Below, piece after piece: positions 1-9,673 of a stretch of DNA of 54,542 nt; within the stretch, counting starts at the first letter, position 1, and each line of letters begins with the position of its first letter. A program made the position numbers and the translations under genes. Origin of the DNA: an uncultured Succinivibrio sp. (GTDB taxonomy: Bacteria > Pseudomonadota > Gammaproteobacteria > Enterobacterales > Succinivibrionaceae). The notes below the pieces were generated by a model that was not told the DNA's origin, made no database searches, and worked only from the letters and a program-made list of their open reading frames with translations. The DNA lies in assembly GCA_902772715.1 (NCBI GenBank), contig CACYBT010000294.1:1-54542 (forward strand), written 5' to 3'.

Positions 1-12
1 CACTATATGCAT

Positions 13-843
13 TTAATATTTCCCAAAATCAAGTTCAGCCACCTGATGGGTGACCCGCTGCTCCACAGGGGGCAGCTTCATATAATCGCCGAAAAGCTCG
101 GTCAAAAAAGCATGATACTCTTTAAGGACCATAAAAGAATCATCCTCAAATGGAAGCTCTGTATACGCTCCGAAAAGATAGGCACTGCGGAACTCCCGCG
201 GGGCACCGTACCGGCCTGCCAGATATGCCTGCCGTCCGGTCTTTTTCCTGTTAAGCTTATAGGGATAATTCACAATCTTTTTCCATAGCCATTCCTTTGG
301 CACCCAGAAAAAGCAGATAAGCATCATGTTGGCAACTAACTTCCGCAAAGGGGTTGTACCGTTCTTATACCCATTCTTCTTGGAATAGAGTACCAGCAGG
401 AAATTCAGAAAACGGAAATAGAGAGTGGCAAGAAACTGGTTGTCATAGATATGGTCGTAGGGAATCACATCTACCCAGAACCCGCATTCCCCTATGGTCT
501 CGGGCTGCTGGACACTGCGGTAATTAGTACCTTTGAGCACCACCTTGCTGAGGAATAACCCCAGCTTTTTATCGTGCTGGATACAGTTTAAAGTATACTC
601 AGGTCCCAGCTCCTTGGGGGCAATCTCCAGAAAACGGTCGTAATCGGGCCGCATCATGGCAATGTCGATATCGTCATCCCAGGGGATAAAGCCCTTGTGC
701 CGCACCGCACCTATCAGAGTACCGCCGGTAAGGAAGTACTTTATATCGTGCTTTGTGCAGATACGTTTTATCTCTTTGAGCACTTTGAGTTCAAGGAGTT
801 GCACCTTGCGAAGTTCTTCAGGAGTAAGGACTTTACTTGGCAT
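13..843 (-). CDS. licD: LicD-family phosphotransferase (CDP-alcohol phosphate transferase)
   Basis: Motif GGTLIGAVRHKGFIPWDDDIDI plus VDVIPYD and C-terminal FGDYMKLPP..R..H. Confidence 0.9.
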   Translation of the reverse strand: MPSKVLTPEELRKVQLLELKVLKEIKRICTKHDIKYFLTGGTLIGAVRHKGFIPWDDDIDIAMMRPDYDRFLEIAPKELGPEYTLNCIQHDKKLGLFLSKVVLKGTNYRSVQQPETIGECGFWVDVIPYDHIYDNQFLATLYFRFLNFLLVLYSKKNGYKNGTTPLRKLVANMMLICFFWVPKEWLWKKIVNYPYKLNRKKTGRQAYLAGRYGAPREFRSAYLFGAYTELPFEDDSFMVLKEYHAFLTELFGDYMKLPPVEQRVTHQVAELDFGKY

Positions 844-1804
844 TATTCAAACTCTCTATAAGTCTGCGATATGATTCCACCAGCCCAACTTTAGGTTCCC
901 AGCCAAGAACCTTAAGCTTATCTACATTCAAATTAAGACAGATGTCTGGAGCATACCCTGCGTTAGGATCAAGGTCAAAGACAAGCTTTATCTTGTCGTG
1001 AGCAATATCGCGAATTATTGTCTCTGCTGTTTCCCGGATTGTACAGAAGGTATCTGGATTTGCAGCTGTATAGCACTCACCAGGCTTTCCTTTCTCCAAT
1101 ACAGTCAGGATTGCCGAGACTGCATCATCAATATACAGAATAGGGCGCTTGGTCTTTCCTTCGGTCTTAAGCACTATGTCCTTGCCCTCAATAACACTTC
1201 GGGCAAACTGGACAGTAACCCGGTTGTCGGTATAAGAAACTCCCGGTCCTACAGTCTGGGCAAGGCGGATAACCTTGGCCGGAACACCATACTCAGAGGC
1301 ATAGCTGGCACACAGATTCTCGCACAGCCGCTTGCTCTCGGAATAGCTGGATCTGACATTCATGACATCTATATAACCTAGGTCATTCTCCCTAATATCC
1401 CGATTATCTGCAGGAGTAACCCCAAAGGCCTCCATGCTGCTTATATAAACAAAGCCTTTAAGCTTTTTATCCTTGCACTGGTCAAGGATATTCAAGGTAC
1501 CGCCAACAGCAGTACGGATTGTCTCCACCGGTTTGTCTACAAAGTCTTTTGAGGTGGTTGTGCCTGCGGCGTGGACAATATAATCCACATCCAGGCTGCT
1601 TATATCCAGATTGCAGATATCACCATACACAGGAATGATGTTGTCGCTGCCATGGAAACAGGCCTTGAACTTCTCAGAGCTGCGGCAACAGGCATATATT
1701 TTAGCCCTCTGGCTGCTCAGATGATGCACAAGAGCCTTTCCTATAAGGCCGGTAGAGCCAGTCACAAGGACAGATGAATTTTTAAAAGATGAAAAATCTA
1801 TCAT
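833..1804 (-). CDS. NAD-dependent epimerase/dehydratase-family reductase, probable CDP-alditol synthesis partner (Abp2-like)
   Basis: TGSTGLIG Rossmann motif and YSESK catalytic YxxxK; overlaps the upstream IspD/TarI gene. Confidence 0.8.
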   Translation of the reverse strand: MIDFSSFKNSSVLVTGSTGLIGKALVHHLSSQRAKIYACCRSSEKFKACFHGSDNIIPVYGDICNLDISSLDVDYIVHAAGTTTSKDFVDKPVETIRTAVGGTLNILDQCKDKKLKGFVYISSMEAFGVTPADNRDIRENDLGYIDVMNVRSSYSESKRLCENLCASYASEYGVPAKVIRLAQTVGPGVSYTDNRVTVQFARSVIEGKDIVLKTEGKTKRPILYIDDAVSAILTVLEKGKPGECYTAANPDTFCTIRETAETIIRDIAHDKIKLVFDLDPNAGYAPDICLNLNVDKLKVLGWEPKVGLVESYRRLIESLNNAK

Positions 1805-2517
1805 AATCCAAATATCTGCTGGTTCTCCCGGGCATCGTACAGAGCACGGAAGGTATAGAAATCGGCAGGAGTAGTAATCTTAATATTATCTGCACTCCCC
1901 TGCACCACATAAAGATCATGGCCGTAATGCTTCATCAGGGATGCAGAGTCTATCATATTGGTATTGCCATCCTTTATCGCTTTCTCATGAGCTTCCAGCA
2001 GTTCTCCAAGGTAGAAGCACTGAGGAGCCTTGGCAAGATAGCACTTGCTCCGGTCGGTGATGTTCTGAATCTTTTTGTCTTCCAACTCAATTATAGTCTC
2101 TGTCGCAGGGGTAACAGTAATTGCAGAGCCGTTTTTCTTGACAGATTTAATACACTCAGAAATAAGAGTATCGGTGACAAAAGGTCTTACACCATCATGC
2201 ACCAGTACAATAGAATCAGCAGGGGCAAAGTCAGACAAAGCACAGAGCCCGTTATAAATAGATTCCTGCCCAGTCTTTCCACCTGCCACAATAAGGCGCA
2301 CCTTGTCCATATCGTACTGAGTCAGTAGCTTCTGGAGATAATTGACCCATCCCTTGATGCAGACAACTACAATGTTATCCACCTCATGGTGGTTCTGGAA
2401 GTTCTCCAGAGTGTGGATAATAATCTCCTTGCCATACAGCTTAAGGAACTGCTTAGGCTTGGATCTGCTGTTCATCCGGCGGCCTGCACCACCTGCAAAA
2501 ATAAGTACATTATTCAT
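1801..2517 (-). CDS. IspD/TarI-family sugar-phosphate cytidylyltransferase (Abp1-like)
   Basis: AGGAGRRM..PKQF, HDGVRP and NIKITTPAD motifs. Confidence 0.9.
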   Translation of the reverse strand: MNNVLIFAGGAGRRMNSRSKPKQFLKLYGKEIIIHTLENFQNHHEVDNIVVVCIKGWVNYLQKLLTQYDMDKVRLIVAGGKTGQESIYNGLCALSDFAPADSIVLVHDGVRPFVTDTLISECIKSVKKNGSAITVTPATETIIELEDKKIQNITDRSKCYLAKAPQCFYLGELLEAHEKAIKDGNTNMIDSASLMKHYGHDLYVVQGSADNIKITTPADFYTFRALYDARENQQIFGL

Positions 2518-3677
2518 CGGTTATTTCCTTGTATAATTGCCTCAATAAAATCAGCTGTTTTAGCAGCTGCATTGCCATCTTCATAACAACCTTTCTCTTT
2601 AAGAAAAGTTATTTTAGCTGTTTTAAAAGCATTTGCATCATAATTAAGAATTATTTTTTCCATTTCATCATTGTTTTCTGCTTTTGGAAATGGAGTAGTC
2701 TTAATTGGATAAGTAAATCCTCTTTCTTCATCATATTCAGAAAGATCTGGCAAAAAAAGAAACGATGGCCGATCCAACAGCAGGTAATCGTAACTCCAGC
2801 TGGAATAGTCGGAACACCCTGCATCGGAAGCAATCATAAGTTGATACATATCTGGTTCATTAGCCCAGATAAACTCTGAATCGCATTTTGGGATCCAGCT
2901 GGCATTTTCCCTGTCTTTGAAATGCAGGCGCAGAAGAATAACCCATTTGCCACCAAACCGTTTCTCCAAATTTTTCTTCAGACGAGAAAAATCCAGAGTC
3001 ATCCAAGAAGTATTGTGGTCATCTCGGAACGTAGGGGCATAAAGAAACATTTTTACATCTTCAGTAATCTTGAGCTGTCCACATATCTTTTCCCGGATAC
3101 TGTGATGTTCTTCTGTACGGAAAAGAATGTCATTGCGGGCATGTCCAAAAGGAAGCATCTGGCTTTTGGGCCACAGATTCTCTCTGAAAATTGTTTCCTC
3201 AAAAGTGCTGTTTGTAATACAGTAATCTGTGGCATCTGCTGCTTTTGAAGCAATCTTCATCCATAGTTCATCGCCTGAATACTTTTTTATACCTAGACTC
3301 CCATGCCAGGTATTGATATAAATCTGATCTTTCTTCTTTGGAATACCAAACCATAGACAGTTTATTGCATTATCAAGCCATACCTTGGCAGAGGCCTGTT
3401 CTTTAATCATCCTAAAGCTGCCACGACGCACCAGAGTAATTCCCAAGGGAAACTGTCTGCGGGCCTCCTCTTCTTTTCCAATATATGGCCAGACAATCTT
3501 CAGTCTGTTATTTCTAGAAAGAAGCTCCTTAACTATTGCCCTTGGATTGCAGGAATACTTGTTGTCAAACGTCATGACAAAAACTTTATCAGAATCAATT
3601 TTACGACTCAGAGACAGACAAAGTGCCTTTATAAGAGTTTCACCTATAATATGTTTCAGTGTTTTAAAATATCGCAT
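2514..3677 (-). CDS. CDP-glycerol/alditol glycerophosphotransferase (TagF/TagB family)
   Basis: TWHGS, GHARND, YAPTFRD and SDYSS motifs. ATG at 3677 chosen over the ORF-track start at 3722. Confidence 0.88.
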   Translation of the reverse strand: MRYFKTLKHIIGETLIKALCLSLSRKIDSDKVFVMTFDNKYSCNPRAIVKELLSRNNRLKIVWPYIGKEEEARRQFPLGITLVRRGSFRMIKEQASAKVWLDNAINCLWFGIPKKKDQIYINTWHGSLGIKKYSGDELWMKIASKAADATDYCITNSTFEETIFRENLWPKSQMLPFGHARNDILFRTEEHHSIREKICGQLKITEDVKMFLYAPTFRDDHNTSWMTLDFSRLKKNLEKRFGGKWVILLRLHFKDRENASWIPKCDSEFIWANEPDMYQLMIASDAGCSDYSSWSYDYLLLDRPSFLFLPDLSEYDEERGFTYPIKTTPFPKAENNDEMEKIILNYDANAFKTAKITFLKEKGCYEDGNAAAKTADFIEAIIQGNNR

Positions 3678-4906
3678 ATCAGTTTTGCAGTTCTCTCGCT
3701 GGCATGACCATCCTCGACACAACCTTTATCCTTGAGAAATGCCTCCACTTTATCAAGATACTCATCGTCATTATAGCTTTCGATAGCTTGAACAAGTTGG
3801 TCATTGTCCTGTGCAATTGCAAAAGGTGTTGTCTCAATAGGATAATAGAATCCCCGGTCATGTTTTTTATATTCCTCAATATCTGTGGCAAACAGGAATC
3901 CTGGTTTTCTTGAAAGAATAAAATCATAGACCCAGCTGGAATAGTCGGTAATTGCAATATCGGTAATTGCCACCAGTTCCTGCATATCTGGATAATCGGT
4001 CAGATCAATAACACAATCTGGAAGTGTTGAATTAAACTCCAGAGCCAAAAGTCTCATAGAAGGATGATACCGCAGGAACAACTTCCATTCTCCCCCGAAC
4101 CTCTGCTTTACGGCATCAAGTACCCGGCTATAGTCCAGATTATAGTATTCAAAGCTTTTGGAGTTCCTGAAAGTAGGTGCATACATTATTATTTGAGTAT
4201 CAGCCGGGATTCCATATTTTTTATAGATTGACCGGCGAAGTTCTTCTCTTTTTTCCTTGAATGCAGGGAACATTATATCGTTCCTTGGATGCCCATACAT
4301 CATCATCTTTGTATTGGGCCAGTAAGTCTCTTTTAGGGAGTGTTCCTCCAGAGTGCTGTTGATGATGCAATAATCTGTACGCTTTCCTGTATAGGTCAAA
4401 GAAAAAACTCTTAGAAGAGAATCTGACTTTATAACTTCCTTATTGTGTTTTTTCAGCCCAAGGGAACCATGCCATGTCTCTATTAAAACCTGATTTTTTT
4501 TCAAGAAGAACGGCCGTTGTAAGAAGAGGAAAGAGTTTGTCACAATAATTTTAGCCGAATAGAGCTCCCTGAAATATTCGTAGGAGTTCAATCTGACTTT
4601 CTTATAATGATATGGAACAGCTCCATCCCCTTTTATATCTGGAATACGCCATACAATATCTGTTTGGGGCCTAATCTTATAAAGTTCCTCGCTTATATAC
4701 TTTGGGTTGCAGGTGAACATACTTTCCTGCGTCATGAAAAATACTTTATTAGAATCTATCTTGCAGAACCACTTGAAAACGGCCCTGGCAATCAGACTTA
4801 GAAGAATACCCAACTTATTTAAAATAACTGTCAACATCCAAGTGAAGAAATTGCCGTCAATTATTTCTTTTAAAAACTTTTTTGTTATTTTCTTAATTAT
4901 CCCCAT
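3656..4906 (-). CDS. CDP-glycerol/alditol glycerophosphotransferase (TagF/TagB family), paralog of the next gene
   Basis: TWHGS, GHPRND, YAPTFR, RYHP and TDYSS motifs. Confidence 0.9.
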   Translation of the reverse strand: MGIIKKITKKFLKEIIDGNFFTWMLTVILNKLGILLSLIARAVFKWFCKIDSNKVFFMTQESMFTCNPKYISEELYKIRPQTDIVWRIPDIKGDGAVPYHYKKVRLNSYEYFRELYSAKIIVTNSFLFLQRPFFLKKNQVLIETWHGSLGLKKHNKEVIKSDSLLRVFSLTYTGKRTDYCIINSTLEEHSLKETYWPNTKMMMYGHPRNDIMFPAFKEKREELRRSIYKKYGIPADTQIIMYAPTFRNSKSFEYYNLDYSRVLDAVKQRFGGEWKLFLRYHPSMRLLALEFNSTLPDCVIDLTDYPDMQELVAITDIAITDYSSWVYDFILSRKPGFLFATDIEEYKKHDRGFYYPIETTPFAIAQDNDQLVQAIESYNDDEYLDKVEAFLKDKGCVEDGHASERTAKLICDILKH

Positions 4907-5915
4907 TATTAAATATATCCTTCAAGCCTTCGTCTATACTGTACTGGACTCTCCATCCCAACCCCTCAAGCTTATCTGTGGCAAGTATCAACTGCTTGGT
5001 CTGCAGAAATGTTGTACCAGCTGGTCTGGTATCCGGGTCATAAATCAGTTTAACTCCGCCATAGTCTGCAATTTTCTTAGCATAGTCATACATAGAAATC
5101 GTTCCACCTGGGTTTCCTATGTTGTAAACCTCTCCGCACTCCCCCTTGAGAAGCACATAAAGCAGGCCAGAGACACAGTCATCTACATAACAGTAAGAAC
5201 GGACCTGCTCACCCCTGCTGTACATAACAATATCTTTCCCGCTCAGTGCCTGCTGAAGAAAATAGACATCTGCCCTTTTATTCGAATCAATGACTGACCT
5301 GCCGAAAATATATGCTGGCCGGACAATTACTGTATCTGTTCCATACTGTTTTGTATAACAGGCACACATAGTCTCAGAGGCCCGCTTGCTCTCAGGATAG
5401 CAGGCACGGAATTTTGCAGGATCAATCTTGCCCAAAGTGTCCTCATAGAAGATCTCAACACCGTCAAAATTCTCGCCATATATCTCGGAACTGGATACAA
5501 ACATAAACCGACAGTCTTTATGCATACGGGCAAATTCTAACAGATTGTAAGTCCCAAAGAGGTTAGCCTTCATCACATCAACAGGAACTGTATTGAACGC
5601 CCCCGGATGAGCAGAACTTGCTGCATGTACAATAAAATTAAAATATTCATCTACAGAAAGAGGTTCTGCAACATCCTGCACAATCAAATGCACATTATTT
5701 CCAAGAATATTCTGAAAACGAGCTTTGCCCCGTTCTTCACTTCGACATAATAGGAACAACTCCAAAGCTAACTTTTCTTTTCGAGAAATCGTATACAGCA
5801 TCTCGGCTAATGTAGATGCTATTAAACCATTGGCTCCCGTGATAAGAATCTTTGCCTTTCTCAATTTCTCTAAAGGTAGCCCAGCTGTCATAACCTTATA
5901 AAAACCTTGCTTCAT
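4893..5915 (-). CDS. NAD-dependent epimerase/dehydratase-family reductase (second Abp2-like copy)
   Basis: TGANGLIA, SSSEIYG and YPESK motifs; TAATG overlap with the upstream cytidylyltransferase. Confidence 0.8.
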   Translation of the reverse strand: MKQGFYKVMTAGLPLEKLRKAKILITGANGLIASTLAEMLYTISRKEKLALELFLLCRSEERGKARFQNILGNNVHLIVQDVAEPLSVDEYFNFIVHAASSAHPGAFNTVPVDVMKANLFGTYNLLEFARMHKDCRFMFVSSSEIYGENFDGVEIFYEDTLGKIDPAKFRACYPESKRASETMCACYTKQYGTDTVIVRPAYIFGRSVIDSNKRADVYFLQQALSGKDIVMYSRGEQVRSYCYVDDCVSGLLYVLLKGECGEVYNIGNPGGTISMYDYAKKIADYGGVKLIYDPDTRPAGTTFLQTKQLILATDKLEGLGWRVQYSIDEGLKDIFNNGDN

Positions 5916-6619
5916 TACTGTTTTTCCCTCATCACAAGCAATGATTTACACAGAAGAATATCTTCCTGAGTAGTCAGACGTATATTCAACTCTGACCCCT
6001 GAGAAAAATGAACTGTCCCTCCACAGGCTATCATAAGAGTATTTGTGGCACCTAGATTGGTCAGCTGCTCTTCCGTAGCTTTCTCAAAAAGGCTCCATAA
6101 CAGAGAAAGCCGATATGCATCAGGAGTCTGAATCCTATACATTTTCTTCCGATCCAGAAACTTTGTAGAGACCAGCTCTTCTCCTTTAATCTCCATAACC
6201 TCATCTGTAACAGGAATAGCTGCTACAGCAGAACCATAACGCTGGCAGTTTGCAATTGTGTCCGATATAATCTCTTGAGATATCAAGGGGCGGTTACCAT
6301 CATGAACCAGAATCATATCATCATCTGAGTAGTGTTCCCTAATGGCAACAAGACCATTCTTAATGGATTTCAGCGATGTCTCTCCACCATTCACAATCAT
6401 TTTTACCTTTTTTATACTAAACTGCTTGCAATAGGAACGCAGTATATCGTGCCATCCTTTTACACAGACAACAACAATCTCGTCTATATTAGGGTGTTTC
6501 TCAAAAGATTCCAGTGTATAGATAATAATAGGTTTTCCGTCAATAGAAATAAACTGTTTTGGTATCCCTGCACCCATGCGCTGGCCAACACCACCTGCTT
6601 TAATCAGTGCGATGTTCAT
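5915..6619 (-). CDS. IspD/TarI-family cytidylyltransferase (second copy)
   Basis: AGGVGQRM..PKQF, HDGNRP, QTP and NIRLTTQED motifs. Confidence 0.9.
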   Translation of the reverse strand: MNIALIKAGGVGQRMGAGIPKQFISIDGKPIIIYTLESFEKHPNIDEIVVVCVKGWHDILRSYCKQFSIKKVKMIVNGGETSLKSIKNGLVAIREHYSDDDMILVHDGNRPLISQEIISDTIANCQRYGSAVAAIPVTDEVMEIKGEELVSTKFLDRKKMYRIQTPDAYRLSLLWSLFEKATEEQLTNLGATNTLMIACGGTVHFSQGSELNIRLTTQEDILLCKSLLVMREKQ

Positions 6620-8075
6620 AAGTTATTCTCCTTTTTAGACTCTTAAATAAATCCATTACAAAGCGGTTCTTCTCTATAAAAAGAAGAACACCGTAAATGA
6701 CAACACCTACACATATAGCAATTATTGTACCTGTCCATAAACCAGGAATAAACCTGATGCATATGAAAGCAAATATAGCCATTACCAAGGAATTACCTAA
6801 GTATATCATAAAAAACCGACCTACTCTTTTTAAGTCAACAATCTTCCGGCACCAGAATAATTCAGTTCCAGAAAGCACACATTGAGAAATCAAAGTTGCT
6901 ATCGCAGCACCCATAGCCTGATACTTTGGAATCAATATAATATTCAAGAAAATATTACATACAGAACCGATAAGCAGTGCATACAAAACTAATTTTTCTT
7001 TTCCCATAGGAATAAATGTCTGGGTTCCGACTACACTGCCAATTCCGGTTATAACGATAATCGGATTCATAATACGCATAACTGGAATTGCTGCCATATA
7101 TTTCTCTCCGCTGAACGCCAATACAGCGGCATTACCAATCAGACAAAGACCTATTGTACTGGGTATAGAGAGAAGAAAGAATACATCAAAGTTCTTATAG
7201 ACCAGTTCTTGAAACTTTTTTTCGTCTGAATTTTTTATATAAAAGGCAAGTCTTGGCAACACAACAAACCCTATAGCTGTAATCATATGTAAAACAATTC
7301 TGTTAATTTTTGTGGCGGCAGTATAAATACCCACATCCCAGTCTCCGCAAAAAAAACCCAGCATAATCACATCTAATACCAAATAAATTTTAGACACCTC
7401 TGCCATAGCAAACATTGTAAAAACAGGTTTTAGGTGTTTCTTAATCTCAAGTCTAGTACGACTAAACAGATTTATATATTTCTTACTATGAATCCAGTTG
7501 CATATATTGGATCCTACATTTGAAATAACTGCTATTGATGCATATATCAGATAATCTTCAGGCTTATGAACAAATGCAAAAAGGAGGATAACACTGATTA
7601 TCTGAAACATAAATGCACGTAATGTGATATAACCATAATCTTCTATTCCGCCATACAGCCAATCTAAACCAAGGGCTGTAAAAAGAATTTTTGCACTTAT
7701 AACAACAAGTAAAGACCTATAATCTGCCAACTTAGGAATACTTATCATAGCAATAAAAAGCAGTAGATAAGCTATGACCGTAGAGACCATGTTAATGGTC
7801 AAAATTTCCCTAGAAACCTTTGAAAGTTGTCCTCTATCATCTCTAACTTTTGCAACTTCCCGAATTCCGTATGTAGATATTCCTAGTGTTGCAATGGTAA
7901 TAAAATAATCAATAAAAGAGCGGGCAAAAGCAACTTTTCCTATCCCCTCCGGCAAAAGAATTCTTGATGAATATGGGAAAGTTATAAGAGGAAAAATCAA
8001 TATCATAAGCTGTCTGATGACATTGAATACTGCATTTAATTTTAGTGAAGGTGTTTTTTTATAACTATCTATCAT
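6600..8075 (-). CDS. wzx: Wzx-type oligosaccharide flippase
   Basis: 491 aa with many hydrophobic segments; FPLITFPYSSRIL.PEGIG and LIPKYQAMGAAIAT are typical MOP-family flippase motifs. Confidence 0.88.
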   Translation of the reverse strand: MIDSYKKTPSLKLNAVFNVIRQLMILIFPLITFPYSSRILLPEGIGKVAFARSFIDYFITIATLGISTYGIREVAKVRDDRGQLSKVSREILTINMVSTVIAYLLLFIAMISIPKLADYRSLLVVISAKILFTALGLDWLYGGIEDYGYITLRAFMFQIISVILLFAFVHKPEDYLIYASIAVISNVGSNICNWIHSKKYINLFSRTRLEIKKHLKPVFTMFAMAEVSKIYLVLDVIMLGFFCGDWDVGIYTAATKINRIVLHMITAIGFVVLPRLAFYIKNSDEKKFQELVYKNFDVFFLLSIPSTIGLCLIGNAAVLAFSGEKYMAAIPVMRIMNPIIVITGIGSVVGTQTFIPMGKEKLVLYALLIGSVCNIFLNIILIPKYQAMGAAIATLISQCVLSGTELFWCRKIVDLKRVGRFFMIYLGNSLVMAIFAFICIRFIPGLWTGTIIAICVGVVIYGVLLFIEKNRFVMDLFKSLKRRITYEHRTD

Positions 8076-9669
8076 AAACCTTTACTATATTATTTTCGAT
8101 ATTCATCGCAGTTTTTGCTGTGAAATCAAGGCAGTTTGTTTTTACTCTTCTTTCTTTTGCATGCCATATTGATAATATCTGCTCATCTGGATTCTTTAGC
8201 AGCCCCATGGAAAGGAAAGCAGAAGAAAGATACCCTGCCAAGTAAATATTTGGGTTTATCATCATATACATTTCTGTGGGGATTTTAGGGTCGAGAAAAA
8301 CAACGCCCCTCTCTTCAAACTCTTTTTTCCGCTCTGAAGTGACTGTTGTCCTAGGATGCTCTTTAAAATAATAGTCAATGCTGTCACCAAAATAATTAAT
8401 CGTGGAATCTAAATATTTTATTTCATTTTCCGAGGGAGGATAAGGTCCGCAGGTAAGACATATTTTTCTTCCCTTATCGAAACTTCTCTTGAAAACAGAG
8501 TAGTCCAACCCTATCATTCTAATTAATTCTTCCCTATGTTTCCCCAGGCTCTTAATACCTGCAATAAAATCAATCTTCTGGATTGTGTTCACCAAAGGGA
8601 AATGACTTCTATCACCTGCATCAAGCAACTCTGGATTATGTAAAATCCATTCAAAATTGGTATTTTCACGGGCCATGACATAAGCATATGCAAGTCGGTT
8701 TGACAACTCTATCATCTGGCAGTTGTTTTTTTGCGTCTGGGAAACAGAAGGATTTCCGCATTTGATAAAAGATTCTTTTCTCCACCTTTGGATTCCAGTT
8801 CTTATAGCCTCTTGTTTTGACATCTCCCATGAGGCTTTCATAGCCCTATAAATCTGTTCCGCATTATTATTTCTGAAAATATAATTAAATGCTTCATATG
8901 AACCAGTTCCATCACTTAACATATGGACTGTAAAATTCTTTTCAGGAACTTTATTGGCATAAAGAAAAGCCAAAGAAAAGTATGCCTGATGATCACACAG
9001 GTACAGATGAAATTTCGCCTCTGGGTTCGTTTTGTATAGATTTCCTAGATAAGAAACCATACGCTGTGCATATCTAAAAAAACCAGTATTAGCAGTATTA
9101 AGCTCTTCTTCAGTTGCAAGAGGGAATGGATAAACATTCTCTGGTAGTGCTTTATAGTCAAACAAATTCCTCTCCAACCCCACAACCGTTGGCCTTTTTC
9201 CCGAAGTTATGTCCCACATATTTATAAGGAAAATCTCGACTGGTAATGTTGCAGAAAGGTATGAAATATTATATTCAGGAGCTTTCACATCTATGGTTCT
9301 TTCTTCTTTTGCAACAAGTCTTTTACCCTTGTAATATAGTATATCCAAAGTCCAAGAACCATAATTATTGAAATTTACTTCTATCTCCCTATTATCTTCA
9401 ATTTTGTACTCTTTTTCCTGAAATTGATACTTTCCATATTCATTAGTATTAAAGGGATTATCCCAAGCCAGATATTGTACTATCTTGACTGTATCAACCT
9501 GCTTTTCGCTTATTAGTGCCTCGTTTAATTGTATCCTCCTTATCTCTGCAATATTAGTACCAGTCGGTTTAAACTTTCGTCCTTTTGAGACAAAATATCG
9601 CTTTATCCTGCGGTACTGTTGCAACACAGGATAAGGAATGAATGGTAAAAGAACTTTTCTTATTTTCAA
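8065..9669 (-). CDS. Sialyltransferase-like (GT80/GT52-like) nonulosonate glycosyltransferase with N-terminal extension
   Basis: LSDGTGSY, YFKEHP, IPTE and GYLSS resemble the DDG, KxHP and SS motifs of bacterial sialyltransferases; TTG start. Confidence 0.6.
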   Translation of the reverse strand: MKIRKVLLPFIPYPVLQQYRRIKRYFVSKGRKFKPTGTNIAEIRRIQLNEALISEKQVDTVKIVQYLAWDNPFNTNEYGKYQFQEKEYKIEDNREIEVNFNNYGSWTLDILYYKGKRLVAKEERTIDVKAPEYNISYLSATLPVEIFLINMWDITSGKRPTVVGLERNLFDYKALPENVYPFPLATEEELNTANTGFFRYAQRMVSYLGNLYKTNPEAKFHLYLCDHQAYFSLAFLYANKVPEKNFTVHMLSDGTGSYEAFNYIFRNNNAEQIYRAMKASWEMSKQEAIRTGIQRWRKESFIKCGNPSVSQTQKNNCQMIELSNRLAYAYVMARENTNFEWILHNPELLDAGDRSHFPLVNTIQKIDFIAGIKSLGKHREELIRMIGLDYSVFKRSFDKGRKICLTCGPYPPSENEIKYLDSTINYFGDSIDYYFKEHPRTTVTSERKKEFEERGVVFLDPKIPTEMYMMINPNIYLAGYLSSAFLSMGLLKNPDEQILSIWHAKERRVKTNCLDFTAKTAMNIENNIVKVYDR

Positions 9670-9673
9670 TTTT

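Noticed and set aside
4707-5297. 196-aa plus-strand ORF and the many other short antisense or nested ORFs in the track
   Set aside because: They overlap motif-bearing genes on the opposite strand or in another frame, with no RBS or domain evidence.
1801-6619. MEP-pathway ispD calls for the two cytidylyltransferases
   Set aside because: No ispF; each is coupled to an SDR reductase beside TagF/LicD genes, which fits CDP-alditol synthesis.
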